This document shows positions 33,289 through 47,375 of a stretch of DNA of 64,000 nucleotides, one piece after another. A program made the translations under genes and the position numbers. Source of the DNA: Dendrobates tinctorius (Eukaryota); NCBI RefSeq assembly GCF_039654945.1, contig NW_027361684.1, positions 32,240,001-32,304,000 of the forward strand. Direction: 5' to 3'. A model generated the notes under the pieces. It was given only the letters and a program-made list of their open reading frames with translations, did no database searches and was not told where the DNA came from. The stretch's first letter is position 1; each line of letters opens with the position of its first letter.

Positions 33289-33858
33289 AGATGTCACTGG
33301 CACTCTGATATTTTCTTGAATTTTGCAAAATCTATTAGCTCCCCCATCCCCTTCATCCCCCCATAAATTACCTTGGCTATGAGGAGGACGCTGACTGGAA
33401 GATAACTCTTCCTCCAGAGTTTTACATGAAGGGGAGTTACCAGTGTGATGTGTAATGGCCGCTCTCTGCTCTCCTGATCTCACTGCAGAGCTGTGTGTGG
33501 TTATAACTGACACACCTGCAGGTTCCTCTCAGCTTCAGCCTCGCAGGCAGACAGAGTGGCAATGCTTTTGCAATAGAGCAGAGCTCAATAGGCTGCAAAA
33601 AATGTGTTTTCAAGAAGACAAAGTTAATTTCTCCAGTTCTGTGTTAGTTAGTTGTCTCACGCTGGTAATGTCATCTTTTATTTAAAATAAGCTGTGGGGG
33701 CAGAATTATCCTTCAAGCAAACTCCTATCCCTTACCTGGAAGAGGTCATTTACATACTGTATAAGAAAAATGTGCATTTCTCATCTTTCTTCAACTTCCT
33801 ATGACCTACATGCCCATATAGACAACTTAGGAGGGTTGATCCTACAGACAGATTCCCT
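33289..33858. mobile_element. T2/Kolobok-type MITE (degenerate left end)
   Basis: Right end GACAGATTCCCT|TTAA; TTAA at 33285. Confidence 0.5.
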
Positions 33859-34886
33859 TTAAAACAAACTTTCCCAAAAATGGAAAACCTCTAAAATTAG
33901 GTCTTCCCTGCTTCTTTCAAGGTGACACTTTAAGCAATCTTCTATTCCCACTTACCCTTCATTCCAGGCATGGATTGGGGGGATTTACAGATTTCCTATG
34001 CTAGTGCTTCAGCTACTTTTGTGGACTGTAGAAGCAAGACAGAGATCTTATGAGCAAAGTTATCCTGTATAGAAGCATCAACGTTGAGAGGATGCTGTCA
34101 CTTGGAACTGAAAAAGAATGGGGAGGCCAACGGCAGACATGCCGTATGGGCAGCTGCACAGGGGCCAGGGAGGAGAGGAGGCCCTGGTCTACTAGGCTTC
34201 CATAGTTATTGCTTGCCTATGCTTAAATGGATTCTGTCAGCACAGAATGACTTTTCATAAATAGTACAGGTGCTCGATGCATCATTGTGTGGTCAATCTT
34301 GTAACTACTCTTTCCATCCTGTGTTTTTTCACTCTACCTCCACCATTCTCTGGTGCTATAAAGCGACAAAATATTGGATCGCACTCGGACCAATGATAAT
34401 CTATGGGGCTATGCACATGTCCGATTTTTTCCTTGGATCGAGCAAGTCCGAGGAATAAATCGCTGCATGTTCGAATTTGACCCAATATTCAGATCGAACT
34501 TGGCCATGCAAGTCAATCAGTGCGTGGAAATCACCAGGCTGCACTCAGATGACATCTAGTGCAGTGACACATTGGAGAAGTTTGTTCTCCATCTTCTCCT
34601 CACTCACAGTGTCCTGCGATTCTCTCATCTAAGAGAATCGGATCGTACTATGCTAACACTCAGATCAAACTCTGATGAAATTTGCATAATTGGCCAGATT
34701 TTCTCGGATGTGAAAATCCATGGCCATCTGACAATATCCTAAGAGTATACTCTCATCAACTTGGCTGCTACTGTAATATGTTGTGAATTTTATCATTGCA
34801 AACCTGGAAAGAAAATCTACATCATTTTGATAGATTTTATGTTTCAGTGTAGTCCTGATTTTTGGTAAATGTGTTCTTCTTGACTA

Positions 34887-35300
34887 CAGGGTGGGCCATT
34901 TATATGGATACACCTAAATAAAAATGCTATCAGTGTGTCAAGAGTAGGAGAAGAGGGTTGCATTGACAATCCATCACAATGGGCAGCACTTTGAACACAT
35001 TTTATAAGTGGTCATAAACTTGTAAATAACTCATGAAAGAATAAAGTTATGTTAAAACCAAGCACTCCATTGTTTTTCTTTTGAAATTCTCAATAAGTTT
35101 GATGTGTCACATGACCCTCTTCCCATTGAAAAAAATATAGGTGGAACCAAAATAGCCAACTTCAAAATGGCCACCATGGTCACCACCCATCTTGAAAAGT
35201 TTCCCCCCTCCCATATACTAATGTGCCACAAACAGGAAATTGATATCACCAACCATTCCCATTTTATTTAGGTGTATCCATATATATATGGCCCACCCTG
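34887..35300 (+). mobile_element. Tc1/mariner-derived MITE
   Basis: TA|CAGGGTGGGCCAT...ATGGCCCACCCTG|TA; internal transposase C-terminal remnant NGQHFEHIL*. Confidence 0.88.
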
Positions 35301-36147
35301 TATATCACTTTTATGTATGTTGTACCAAGGCAGAGGATAAGGGCCCCTTTCTATTCTTGTTTCATAGGCAACCTCTACTGTCTAGGCAGAGGAATGGATA
35401 GTTTTCACCAGGATAATGAATATAGGAGACGCACTGCTTATATGTAATTTGTATTTAAGTACGGTAATAGTTTAAAATGAGTCTGCAGTATCAGACAGGG
35501 CCACAACTGTTCATTTAGCAAAGTTTCTGGATGATGAATAATTCATACAAGTTTATAATCCCTTGTTTTATAAACAACTATTTGTATGCTTTAGCTTTGT
35601 TCTTTATAACATTCTACAAACTGACCTGAAAAATGTTGTGTTTACATTTCATTACAAGTAGGTTATATTGGCTCCAAGACCGGAATAGCCAAACCTTGGT
35701 TACACAAAGGTGCCAAGTACAACTGACTTTCCTTCTTTAACGTCATGTTACACCTATTCTTCAGGCTTTTTGGACTACTATCTTGCATTTTAAGTACCAT
35801 GTTTGACAGGTATATAAACCACTTAATGCTTCCTGAAGTCTACAGAACAGGTCTGTCTGACAAACATAAATTGCTCTGTGTCTGCTTTTAATTAAATAAA
35901 CTTGTATGTAGTCTACATGTGCTACAACACATTCTATTTAATGGGCAATTTTAAAACAAAATATAATAAGAAAAAGTATAGTAATTAAGATTGAGCATTG
36001 CAGTTCTGTATGACTGCCAAGTTATTATAAAAAGGAACAAGGTGTGTTACAAAAAGGAATAACGATATAAACAATATCAGAAATAAGATTAAAATTACTT
36101 ACAGGCTAAGAGAACATTGAAAATCTAATTACAATGGCAACTATTAA

Positions 36148-36573
36148 ACGGGTTGTCCACTCCTCATGTTTGACCCTGTTAAAATAAGAACACTTATACT
36201 CACCTCTCGTCCTGGCGCTGTTCCAGCAGTGTCGGCACTCACGTTGCGGGAGCTCATGTGAGGTTGCTATGTCACATAAGCTCTGTGCCCAATCATCACC
36301 GGCTTCGCTGTCCCCACCTTCGGACATATTGCGCATCAATAGGAAATCAGGACTGCGGTTACTCTCTGACTCCACCTTGTGGTTCAATTTGTCCTAATGC
36401 GGGGACAGTGAAGCCGACGTTGATTGGGAGCAGGGTTCACGTGACATAACAATCTCACATGAGCCAACATTGCTGGAACAACGTCGGCACCAGAGGTAAG
36501 TATGGGTGTATTTATTTTAACAGGGCCAATCATGAGGAATTAAAAGGGATTGTCCAAGTTGTGAATAGTCCCT
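36148..36573. mobile_element. T2/Kolobok-type MITE
   Basis: TTAA|ACGGGTTGTCCAC start; internally palindromic (CCCTGTTAAAATAA / TTATTTTAACAGGG). Confidence 0.65.
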
Positions 36574-38299
36574 TTTGTCAACCAGATCATTTCTATTGTG
36601 AAAAATATCAAGACATATTCATATTTTGATTTTGTTTTTAGAATCAATCAAGACTAAATGGAATAAAAACACAAGTAAAAAAAAATATACGTCCTTGAAA
36701 ACCAAATACAAAATCAGAGCTATTATCACTTGTTTACTAATGTTTACATACATGAATACACATATAAATCAAAACTATCTGACTGCTCGTGTATTGCACC
36801 AAAATTCAGAGAATCACATCATTTATATATAGTTATCTAGGACCCCTTTGTTTTTCAGAATTAAAATGTAACACTTTGGGTAGATGAGTTAGGAGATTTT
36901 ACAGGTTTATGACAAGTAAATGAACAGACGGTCTATCATAGTGTTTCTGAAAAGGCTTTCCGATGCAATCCGTGGAGTGGTTAACTATTGTTCCCATAGC
37001 TTTATCAATATTTTGAGGGTGTTTCTTTTAACCCCTTTACTCCCAAGGGTGGTTTGCATGTTAATGAAGAGACCAATTTTTACAATTCTGACCGCTGTCC
37101 CTTTATGAGGTAATTACTCTGGAATGCTTCCATGGATCCCGATGATTCTGACGATGTTTTCTAGTGACATAATGTACTTCATGATAGTGGTAAAATTTGT
37201 TTGATATGACTTGCGTTTATTTGTGAAAAAAATGGAAATTTGGCTAAAATTTTGAAAATTTTGCAATTTTACATCTTTGAATTTTCATGCCCTTAAAACA
37301 GAGAAATATGTCACACAAAATAGTTGATAAATAACATTTCCCACATGTCTACTTTACATCAGCACAATTTTGGAACCAACATTTTTTTTTGTTAGGAAGT
37401 TATAAGGGTTAAAAGTTGACCAGTGATTTCTCATTTTTAAAGCACCATTTTATTTTAGGGACCATATCACATTTGAAGTCATTTTGAGGAATCTATATGA
37501 TAGAAAATTCCCAAAAGTGACACCATTCTAAAAACTGCACCCCTGAAGGTGCTCAAAACCACATTCAAGAAGTTTATTAACCCTTCAGGTGCTTCACAGG
37601 AATTTTTGGAATGATTAAAAAAAATGAACTTTTAACTTTTTTTCACAAAAAATTTACTTCAGATCCAATTTGTTTTATTTTACCAAGGGTAACAGGAGAA
37701 ATTGGACCCTAAAAGTTGTTGTGCAATTTGTCCTGAGTATGCTGATATCATATATATGCAGGTAAACCACTGTTTGGGCGCATGGTAGAGCTTGGAAGGG
37801 AAGGAGCGCTGCTTGACTTTTCAATGCAAAATTGGCTGGAATTGAGATCGGATGCCATGTCGCGCTTGGAGAGCCCCTGATGTACCTAAACAGTGGAAAC
37901 ACCACACAAATGACACCATTTTGGAAAGTAGACCCCCTAAGGAACTTATCAAGATGTGTGGTGAGCATTTTGAACCTCCAAGTGCTTCACAAAAGTTTAT
38001 AATGTAGAGCCATAAAAATGAAAAATCTTATTTTTTTCACAAAAATGATCTTTTCTCCCCCAATTTTTTATTTTCCCAAGGGTAACAGGAGAAATTGGAC
38101 CCCAAAAGTTGTGCAATTTGTCCTGAGTATGCTGATTCCCCATATGTGGGGGTAAAACACTGTTTGGGCGCATGGCAGAGCTTGGAAGGGAAGGAGCACC
38201 GTTTGACTTTTTCAACTCAGAATTGGCTGGAATTGAGATCAGATGCGTGTCGTGTTTTGGAGAGCCCCTAATGTGCCTAAACAGTGGAAACACCCCAAT

Positions 38300-38476
38300 T
38301 CTGACTCCAACCCTAACCCCAACACACCCCTTACCCTAATCCCAACCCTAACCATAATCCTAACCACAAACCTTGCCCTAACACACCCCAAACCCTAATC
38401 CCAACCCTAACCCCAATCCCAACCCTTTCCCTAAACCTAACTATAGCCGCAACCCTAACCTTAGCCCTAACCCTAA
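38300..38476 (+). repeat. Degenerate telomere-like (CCCTAA)n tract
   Basis: CCCTAA/CCCCAA hexamers at the same position in the element as 793-1062. Confidence 0.88.
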
Positions 38477-39095
38477 TGGGAAAATGGAAATAAATACATT
38501 TTATTTTATTATTTTTCCCTAACTAAGCAGGTAATAAAGGGGGGTTTGATTTACTATTAATAACTGGATTTTATAGGGGGTATTTATGTTTGGCAGCTGT
38601 CACACACTAAAATATGCTTTTTATTGCAAAAAATAGTTTTTGCATCACCACATTTTGAGAGCTATAATTTTTCCATATTTTGGCCCACAGAGTCATTTGA
38701 GGTCTTGTTTTCTGTGGGACAAGTTGACGTTTTTATTGGTACCATTTTCGGGCGTATGACATTTTTTGATTGCTTTTTATTCTTATTTTTGGGAGGCAGA
38801 ATGAACAAAAAACAGCAATTCATGAATTTCTTTGGGGGGGCATTTATACCGTTCAGCATGTGGTAAAATTGATAAAGCAGTTTTATTCTTCAGGTCAGTA
38901 AGATGACAGCGATACCTCATTTATATTTTTTTTGTTTTGGTGCTTTTATACAATAAAAACTATTTTATAGAAAAAATAATTATTTTTGCATCGCTTTATT
39001 TTGAGAGCTATAACTTTTTTTATTTTTCTGGTGATGGAGCTATATGGCAGCTTGTTTTTTGCTGGACAAGATGACGTTTTCAGCGGTACCAAGTA

Positions 39096-39999
39096 CCGTA
39101 TTTTTCGCTTTGTAAGACGCACTTTTTTTCCCCCAAATTTGGGGGGAAAATAGGGGTGCGTCTTACAATGCAAACATACGTTTTTTTGTGCTGCCGCTGC
39201 GGGTGTCCGATACTTGCCGCCACCGCGCTGGGTCCTCCGGGTGCTGCTGCTGCCGTGCTGGGTCCCCCAGTGCCTGCCGCCGCCGTCGGGCTCTGTCCTG
39301 TGCTGCGTGGGGGGCTCTGCCGTTCCATCCATGCCTGTGCGGTGGCTTGCTTCCTGGAAAATGGCCATCGCGCAAGCGCAGGTGGAAATCTCGCATTGAA
39401 ATCTCGGGAGATGAGATTTCAGCGCTGAAATCTCATCTCCCGAGATTTCAATGCGAGATCTCCATCTGCGCTTGTGCGGCGGCCATTTTCCAGGAAGCAA
39501 GCCACCGCACAGGCATGGATGGAACGGCAGAGCCCCCCACGCAGCACGGGACAGAGCCCGACGGCGGCGGCAGGCACCGGGGGACCCAACGCGGCGGCGG
39601 CAGCACCCGAGGGACCCAGCACGGCGGCAGCATCCAAAGGACCCAGTGCGGCGGCGGCAGCAGCACCCGGAAGACCCAGCGCGGTGGCAGTAGCACCCGG
39701 AGGACCCAGCACGGTGGCAGCAGCACCAGGTACAGAGTGGGCGGCAGCACCCGGGGACAGAGTGGGCGACAGCACCCCGGGGACAGAGTGGGCGACAGCA
39801 CCCCAGGGACAGAGTGGGCGACAGCACCCTGGGGACAGAGTGGGCGACAGCACCCCGGGGACAGACCGGTAAGCAATAAGACGCCTGGATTATAAGAAGC
39901 ACCACCATTTTATTAAAAAAAACATTTTTTCTTATTTTTCTCCTCAAAATTTGGGGTGCGTCTTATAATCCGGAGCGTCTTATAAAGCGAAAAATACGG
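39096..39999. mobile_element. TA-flanked pogo/Tigger-type MITE with GC-rich palindrome and minisatellites
   Basis: TA|CCGTATTTTTCGCTTT...AAAGCGAAAAATACGG|TA; ~200-bp-arm palindrome centred on AGCGCT (39421-39426); 29-30-bp tandem repeats at 39595-39870. Confidence 0.88.
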
Positions 40000-40324
40000 T
40001 ATATTTATATCCGTCTTTTTGATCGCGTGTTATTCCACTTTTTGTTCAGCGGTATGATGATAAAGCATTGTTTTTTTGCCTTGAAATATTGATTTTTTTT
40101 AATTATTATTTAATTATTTTTTATATATTTTTACAATGTTTTAAACTTTTTTTAATTTTATTCTTACTTTTACATTGTGTCCCACTATGGGACACTTTTT
40201 TTGTGCAGGCTGATCGCTTATATGGCATGCAGATCTGCATGCCATATAAGCAATCAACACTACATTCTGTGCACACTGACTTGAGAGACTTCCTGACATG
40301 CACTGCACATGAATCTGAATCCAG

Positions 40325-42700
40325 CCCCCCTTGAACAGAGCAAGTAAGCAAATTCTGGGTTCCAACGATATATGGATTACGAACACAGATTTTATCAAGT
40401 CAACTACCCCCTTCCAATACTTTCCAATGTTTACACACTCTAAAATGATGTGCATTAGGTGAGCGTTGTTTTTCCCGTATCTTGGACACATGTTGTCCAC
40501 TCTTATACCAATTTTAAATAGGATGCTGGGGTACTTATATAGTCTATGAATAAGAAAGATTTTAGACAGTCTTTGTGATTCAGACAAGAATAATTTAGGA
40601 ATTAGATCTAGAACCTCTTTCCATTGTTCCTCAGATAGGGGACCCAAATCTCTTTCCACTTTACTTTGGCTGCGATAGGATACTTTTCTAATTGCACAGC
40701 CATAAGCTGCTTATATATATGGGAAAATGAATCCTTTGTGTTTATTGCAGAAACAATTGTATCAATTAAAGAGTGATTATTTATAATAATGTCATATGTT
40801 CTGGGTTGTGCATTATACGCATGATGTATTTGCAAAATTTGATAAAACATTTTATGAGTAAGATTGTAGCCAGCCCTTATTTGTTCAAAGTTTTTAAATA
40901 TTTCCACATTTAGGAGTTGTGACAAAAGAAAAATACTCATATTTTCCCAATTGCTGAAGCCTTTTAGCTTCAGGTGTGTAGTTTGTGCATTTACCAATTC
41001 CCAGCATATTCTTGCCTCTATCCCACACTTTATATATCAGGTTTAGCATGGGGCCGTTTAGTTGCACTCTCTCGAGGAGGACCCATGTCTAATACTGACA
41101 TTGGCAGTTTCCATTTAGTTCCTTTTCTAAGTAGTTGACCTGATAATCCACAGTGCTCAGTTGTTCCCCAACCATGAAATTGTTGCATTTGTGAGACCAA
41201 GAAGTAGATCCAGGGATTCGGGATAGCCAATCCACCATTATCTTTTCCTCTCTGCAGGGTCTCTAGTTTAATTCTGGCCTGTTTCTTTTTCCATATACCG
41301 GTAAGTTTTCAGACTAAGCTATGAATGTTATAAAAGAAGGTTGTGGGGATCCATACTGGGGTATTATGTAAAAGATATAAAAGTTAAGGCATGAAAATAA
41401 TTTTTATTAAATTGCCTCTCCTAGTTACTGACATTGGAAGTCAGCACCAAGTGCCTATTTTAGTTCTGAATTTTAGCAATATGGGAGCCAGGTTAAGAGA
41501 ATAGTATTCCTGGGACCTCACGATAACCACTACAAGATATTTAAAAATATTTGCTACCTGTATCTAAGTATTTCTCAGGGACAAATCTGTTAGTAAGGGA
41601 TCTATCGGCATGAGGACTGATTTATCCCAATTAATTGATACTTCTGACCAAGTTTCAAACATTTAAATTAGATAGAAGCATGTCATCTGCATATAAAGAG
41701 ATCCTCATCTACAGTGGCCCACAATGGAAGCCAGTTATTTCAGTAGAAACGCGTATTAAACAAGCTAATGGCTCTATGGCAATCGCGAAGAGAAGGGGCG
41801 ACAGGGGACAACCCTGCCTGGTTCCCCTCCCCAACGCGAACGCCCCTGATACACGACCATATACCCTAAGTTTTGCCCTAGGGGATACATATAACAGTTG
41901 GATATACAGAATAAATTTATCCTCAATTCCCATGCATCTCAAGAACACCCACAGGAAAATTCCACTCCACGTTGTCAAACACTTTGGCCGCATCGAGAGG
42001 AAAGACTGCTCTGGACCAGGTAGACTCCTAGCTTAGTTGTGAACCCAAAAAAGGCGTCTCAAATTAGCTGATGTGGATTTGTTTGGCATAAAGCCTGTTT
42101 GGTCGTCATTAATCACTTTGGTAATTACTTTTGACAGTCTGTTGGCTAATGCTTTTGCCAGTAATTTAACATCGGTTGAGAGAAGTGAGATTGGTCTGTA
42201 AGAATCAGACTGACATGAGTCTTTCCCAGGTTTTAATAATAGGATTATTATAGCTTCCTTCATAGATTTAACAAGTTAGGTAATAATATATCGAGATACA
42301 TTTTAACAAATTCCCCTGGTATCCCGTCTAATCCCGGGGCCTTTTCATTTTGAACCTCTTGAAGTGTCTCTTCCAATTCCTCTAAGGTTAGAGGTTTTTC
42401 TAGTAAGTTTCTATCTTCAATTGTTAATTGCATTACTTTTTAGGAACTCTTCAATATCTTCATTTGTGGCACTGCTTTTAGATGGATATATAGAGGAATA
42501 ATAACTATGTAAAGTTTGGAGAATATCCTCATCCTTCGTGACCACTATGCCATTTACAGAGGTTAGTCTAGGTACATATGATGTTCCACTTTGGACTTTC
42601 ACAATAGTTGATAACAAATGTCCTCCACTTTCTCCCTCCGCAAAGAATGCCTGTTTCATAAAAAGTCTCTTTTGTGTAGCTAATAGGTGATCTTTCAACA
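40325..42700 (-). pseudogene. L1-clade LINE ORF2 fragment (RT + C-terminal Cys/His region)
   Basis: SYRPISLLSTDVKLLAKALANRL, DQTGF, RGTRQGCPLSPLLFAIAIEPL, YADD, HRLY...CPR...HLMHIILEC. Confidence 0.92.
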
Positions 42701-45049
42701 TTGTTTGAGTGTTCTCCAGCTATTTGGCTTTATAAATGGAGGGGTCTGCAAGTGAATAATCACTTTAATGGGTTTCATATGTTACAAAGCGCAACAAGGG
42801 ATAAATTATTTCTTGAAGTTGATGTGTTGAAAGTAGGAAAACTGGTCAAGGGTAAGGATATAAAGGACACTGACAAGGGCCCAACCAAAATGATTTAAAG
42901 GGTCTTCTCCAAAACAGTGAGTCTTCAGGAGTGTTCCTGGTATGCAGGGGTTAGTACTAGAGATGAGCACATCTTTTAAAATACAAAAGCTTCAGTCACT
43001 TTTTTTTTAAATATAATTCTTAGTGAATTGATTTGCCACAATTTGAAAGCACTAAAAAGTCTCCAATCGCTTTGGAAAGACTTGCATGACACTTTGAAGT
43101 CTACTAGGACTGAACCTAATCTATTTCACATTTTTTAACGCAAGCACAACCATAGTAATTTCCAAATTACCGTAATATACATGGCTGTCCAAAATGTCCC
43201 TTTTTTCGGACCACCAACAGGCTTACTGTTTGCAGTGAAAAAGCAGTAGCTTTTTTTTAAAAAAAGCAGTCCAAAAATTATGCCCTTTTTTGATCAGTTT
43301 CAGGGTTTTTATATTTACCCCTGTGCAGGGTAGAATTCCAAGCAACAGTACAGTTTAGAATAGAACACAAGATGTGTGGCTATTTGCAGTGCATGCTGGA
43401 GCACAGTATAGAATATAATGGACAGGCTAGAGATATCCAGCTGTGCTGGACCTGCACTGGCAGCTCAGGCAGCAGAAGCAATACAGTATAAGAATAAAAT
43501 ACAATAAAAAGCCAAGAGATGTGTGGCTATCTATTGGCATTGGCAGCGACAGCACACTATACAATATGATGCAGGCAGAACAAGTGCAGCTGTAGAGGGT
43601 CAGTCCTGCAACTACTGCAGCGGAACAGTTTAGAACATAATGAACAGGCAGGCAGATGTTATGACCGATGTAATCATCAGACATAGGTAAATGAAGATCA
43701 TCACTAAGCCATGCCTGATTCCTTCTTACAAATGTCAAGTGTTCCACACCTGTATAAGACAATCTGGTCTGAATGGGCATGGCAAAGCCACCTGCTAAAT
43801 TTCATACTTTTTATGGCAGTTCCCATAGCCTGGACAAGGTAGTATACCAATGGCAAATTGAGCCAGTTCCCGCCACTGGTCCAAACTGATGAACCAGAAA
43901 ACCAGCATTCTAGATACAGTATTCCCTGTGTAGAAACTTAGAGTGTATTAGAATATCTTAAGAAATAGCTACTGTGTGTATAAAAGAATTCACCACCTCA
44001 TTCCAGTGCCAATATCATAGTTCATACATTTCCTCTGTCCACTTACAGCAGACTAAGAAAAAACTTAGGAACAGTACAGTACAATAGTTGATAAACACAT
44101 GTCAAATATTTCATCATGTTAGAAGACCTTAGGGGATCCTCCAACTTGGATGGGCCCATTTACAATCAAAAGGAACCAAATTATACAATAGTTGAATGTC
44201 AGTGCAGAGGGTACTAAAAGAAAGTAGTATTGCCAGATCATACCAGGTTTACACAGAAGCAAAAGTCCAAGAATATTTAACCAATGCCGGATGGTCATGT
44301 AGATGTAGTAAATGGGGCTTATACTTTAAAAGAGTATTAGAAAAATGTTTGGAGCTGTCTGAACATGGCACTAACACTAGTTATGATTGAGCTACAACCT
44401 TCAGTGGAAAGCCATTTAGGTCTCTAGGTGGTTTTCTATCACTAAATGAACATAGACAAAGGATGGCAAAGGAGTACAGCAGTACTGGAAGGCTGTGAGA
44501 GGAGTATGAAGTTGTTTTTGTCTTAGATGAATATTAAACATAATTCTCTGCGATTTAGTGTAAGAATAATCCAGCATTTCTCCTTAAAAATGCAATGGAA
44601 TAGTATATTTTACAAGTTCAAATATTACCTCCATGTAGTGCCAAACTAATACCACCATACAATGTATATGTACTACTGTCAGAAAAATAATGAAAATACT
44701 GCCTACAGTGTTATGTATCATCAAACAGGGCTCCAATAATGCTCCTATACAAGTATTTAAATAACTCTCCCTTAGAGAGACAGAACAATACTGCCATACA
44801 GAACTAACATCAGAACATTTCAACAAATTTAAAGGATGGTGGAAAAATTTAAATAAACTGTTAGGTCCCATTCACATCTATGGAAATTTTATCAGACACT
44901 ACACAGATACAACAAGAAAGACATCAAACTGAAATCCAATATATTACAGATCCATTTGTAGACATGTGAGTTTTTGGTCACAAATTAGACCAAACTCGGA
45001 TATGTCTTCGTTTCATTCTTTGCAGACCATTAGCTGCAAAAAAGGGAAC

Positions 45050-45219
45050 CTCTGAATGCTTGCAGACTGTTAGCCCTCGCGAGCAGCGTCCTCTTTCCTT
45101 TTGTACTTGTGTGTGCCTTGTATTGCTCACATTTATTGTTCTTGTCTTTATATGCCCCTTTTTCACATGTAAAGCTCCATGGAATAAATGGCGCTATAAA
45201 AATGAATAATAATAATAAT
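45050..45219 (+). mobile_element. L2-like LINE 3' end
   Basis: ...TGTAAAGCTCCATGGAATAAATGGCGCTATAAAAATGAATAATAATAATAAT tail. Confidence 0.65.
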
Positions 45220-46576
45220 GCACTAACAAAGTATAATGGGCACGTGTTCAATCCTGTAAAAGCATGGATAGGACACAAAGCATTGACGAGCGAGTGGGGC
45301 CTTGATGTAAACTTTATTCCGTGAAGCAGAGTACACAGTCATGGCCAGATCATAAATTGAGAGAATGGCCTTATTCTTCTAGTTAGATCAACCAGGTAGA
45401 TTATTCACAAAAAAAAAGCTGAACCAAAACCTAAAGTAAAATTAGTTTAATTAGCTGATTCATATACCTTATCCCATGCTGATTTAATTTCTCATTGCTG
45501 TCTGTAACTTTTTTATTTAACTCCTTTTTTTGCACTTTTACTTGACTTTTTTATTTGTTTTGCATTAAACAAGCGAAGGACATGAAGTTCAAAGAAACAT
45601 CTTGTAGAAATTGCACCACTGACTCACGCCTTGTGGTACAGAATAATCCTACACAAACAAATTATATTGACATTTAAAAAAAAAGAATAATAAAGGGTCA
45701 TGAGTTCAAGAAAAACACACATCAGTGTAGGTGGAATTGAACTTTGAAGTGTTAAATCCTTGAATATTTATTTTTTTTGTGTTGTGATATAATTAGAACA
45801 CATGCCCTAGAGGTCTCTTGCAAATTTAGGTCAGTATAGATAGAAAGGTTGTTAACTTTCTCTGCACTTTCCCCAAAGTGCCTCAAATCATTGCCTACTG
45901 GGTGAAAAGCTAATTAATTTTGCATGTTTCATCTGGACAAATGCACATGAAAAACAGAACCACAATACATTATCGACTTCAATACTTACAAGCCTTTTAT
46001 ATGAAAGTAAAGTCATTATTACTGAATTTACTAGTAGACAAAACTTTTTAAGACATATTTCTTTTTATAAAAATAATTGATAGTTTATTCTTCCTGTGTG
46101 GTTTATATTTCTGACCAGCATATGCTATTCCCAGACCATTTTTTATAAGTGGGCATTCAAACTTGACAATGGTGAGGGATCCAGTCCACACAATCCATTT
46201 AAAATTGTTGTACTTGTTTCCTTAGGCTACGTTCACACGATGAGCTTTGGTTTTTGATGCTGCATGTTTTTTCTGTGTCAAAAATGCAGCATCTTACATT
46301 TCTAGCATAGTGGATGGGATTTATAGAAATCTTATTCCCACTGGGCTTCTTTTTAACGCTGCCTAAACTCACCTTTTTCAAATACACAACATGTCAATTT
46401 CTTTTGTGGCTATGCTAAGTTTTATGTGCAGATTTTCCCAATAGACTTCCATTAGATGTGAAAAATCTGCAGCAAAAAAAATACATGTCACAGTTTTACA
46501 GTGACAAAGAAGGGGTAGAGGACCTAAGAGTGTGATTTCAGATGTCTCTGCACTAATTAGAAGCATTTCACCATCA

Positions 46577-47296
46577 TGTAGCACCGGCGTCCCTGCACGC
46601 TTCCTCCCTCCCCCAGCAGAGATGTCAACTTACTCACTGCCATGGCCCCCATCCCGCACTTCCTCCTCCTTCCCTTGCTGTGGGTGCTCAGACACTTATT
46701 ATTTAAGACACCTCCACCTGATGGTAGGTACCAGAGCAAAGTGTTTAGTCAGTTAGTCTGCATGCTCTAGTTCTCAGGTCCCTGGTCATGTGTATACCCA
46801 CCATGTACCCACCAGTTCTCGCTACTACCTGTCTGTACTCTCTTGCTCTGCTCATTCCTGCTTGTGTCATCCAGTGTACCTGCCTACACCTGCCATGCCA
46901 GTCTGTATACCACCCGTACCTGCCTGCACCTGCCTTGCCAGTCTGTATATCAGCCGTACCCGACTGCACCTTCTGTGCCAGTCTGCATACCAGCCATACC
47001 TGCCTGCACTTTCTGTGCCAGTCTGCATACCAGCTGTACCTGCCTGCACTTTCTGTGCCAGTCTGTATACTAGCCGTACCTGCCTGCACATTTCTTGTCT
47101 TACAATCAAGGCCATTCCATCTTCCTGCCTATTTGGTGGTCAGCTCCCGTGTGTCCGAGGTCTGTCCTGGAGTCCATCAGGGGCTAAGTCAAACATCATT
47201 AGGGGCTCTAATGAATAGTCAAGTGTTCACCTAGTCATGCTCCTTCAAGCTCTCTTTGGGCCACAGCACAGTGGTTCCACTACCACGGATGTTACA
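46577..47296 (+). mobile_element. Solo LTR with internal 40-bp minisatellite (~46875-47090)
   Basis: TGTA...TTACA termini; 5-bp TSD CATCA at 46572-46576 and 47297-47301. Confidence 0.85.
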
Positions 47297-47375
47297 CATC
47301 ATATTAAACAGTGCATGTTTCTGCTTGCAGTGCAGTGGTTAATCTGTTCAGTTGAGAGCTAACTTCTGCTACATA

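Larger units (their letters stand above)
37032..40310 (+). mobile_element. TTAA-flanked piggyBac-like non-autonomous element, right end lost
   Basis: TTAA|CCCCTT start collinear with 60622; two satellite units; CCCTAA tract; AT-rich tail; truncated at the L1 fragment. Confidence 0.82.

Noticed and set aside
38946-39947. Long overlapping ORFs (333 aa, 235 aa) on both strands
   Set aside because: Artefacts of a GC-rich palindrome and minisatellites inside a MITE; low-complexity translations.
42958-44580. Possible decayed hAT element (TAGAGATGAGC start)
   Set aside because: No matching right TIR or TSD, and no convincing transposase motif readable by eye.
46745-47234. Cys/Pro-rich repetitive ORFs
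   Set aside because: Translations of the 40-bp minisatellite in a solo LTR.
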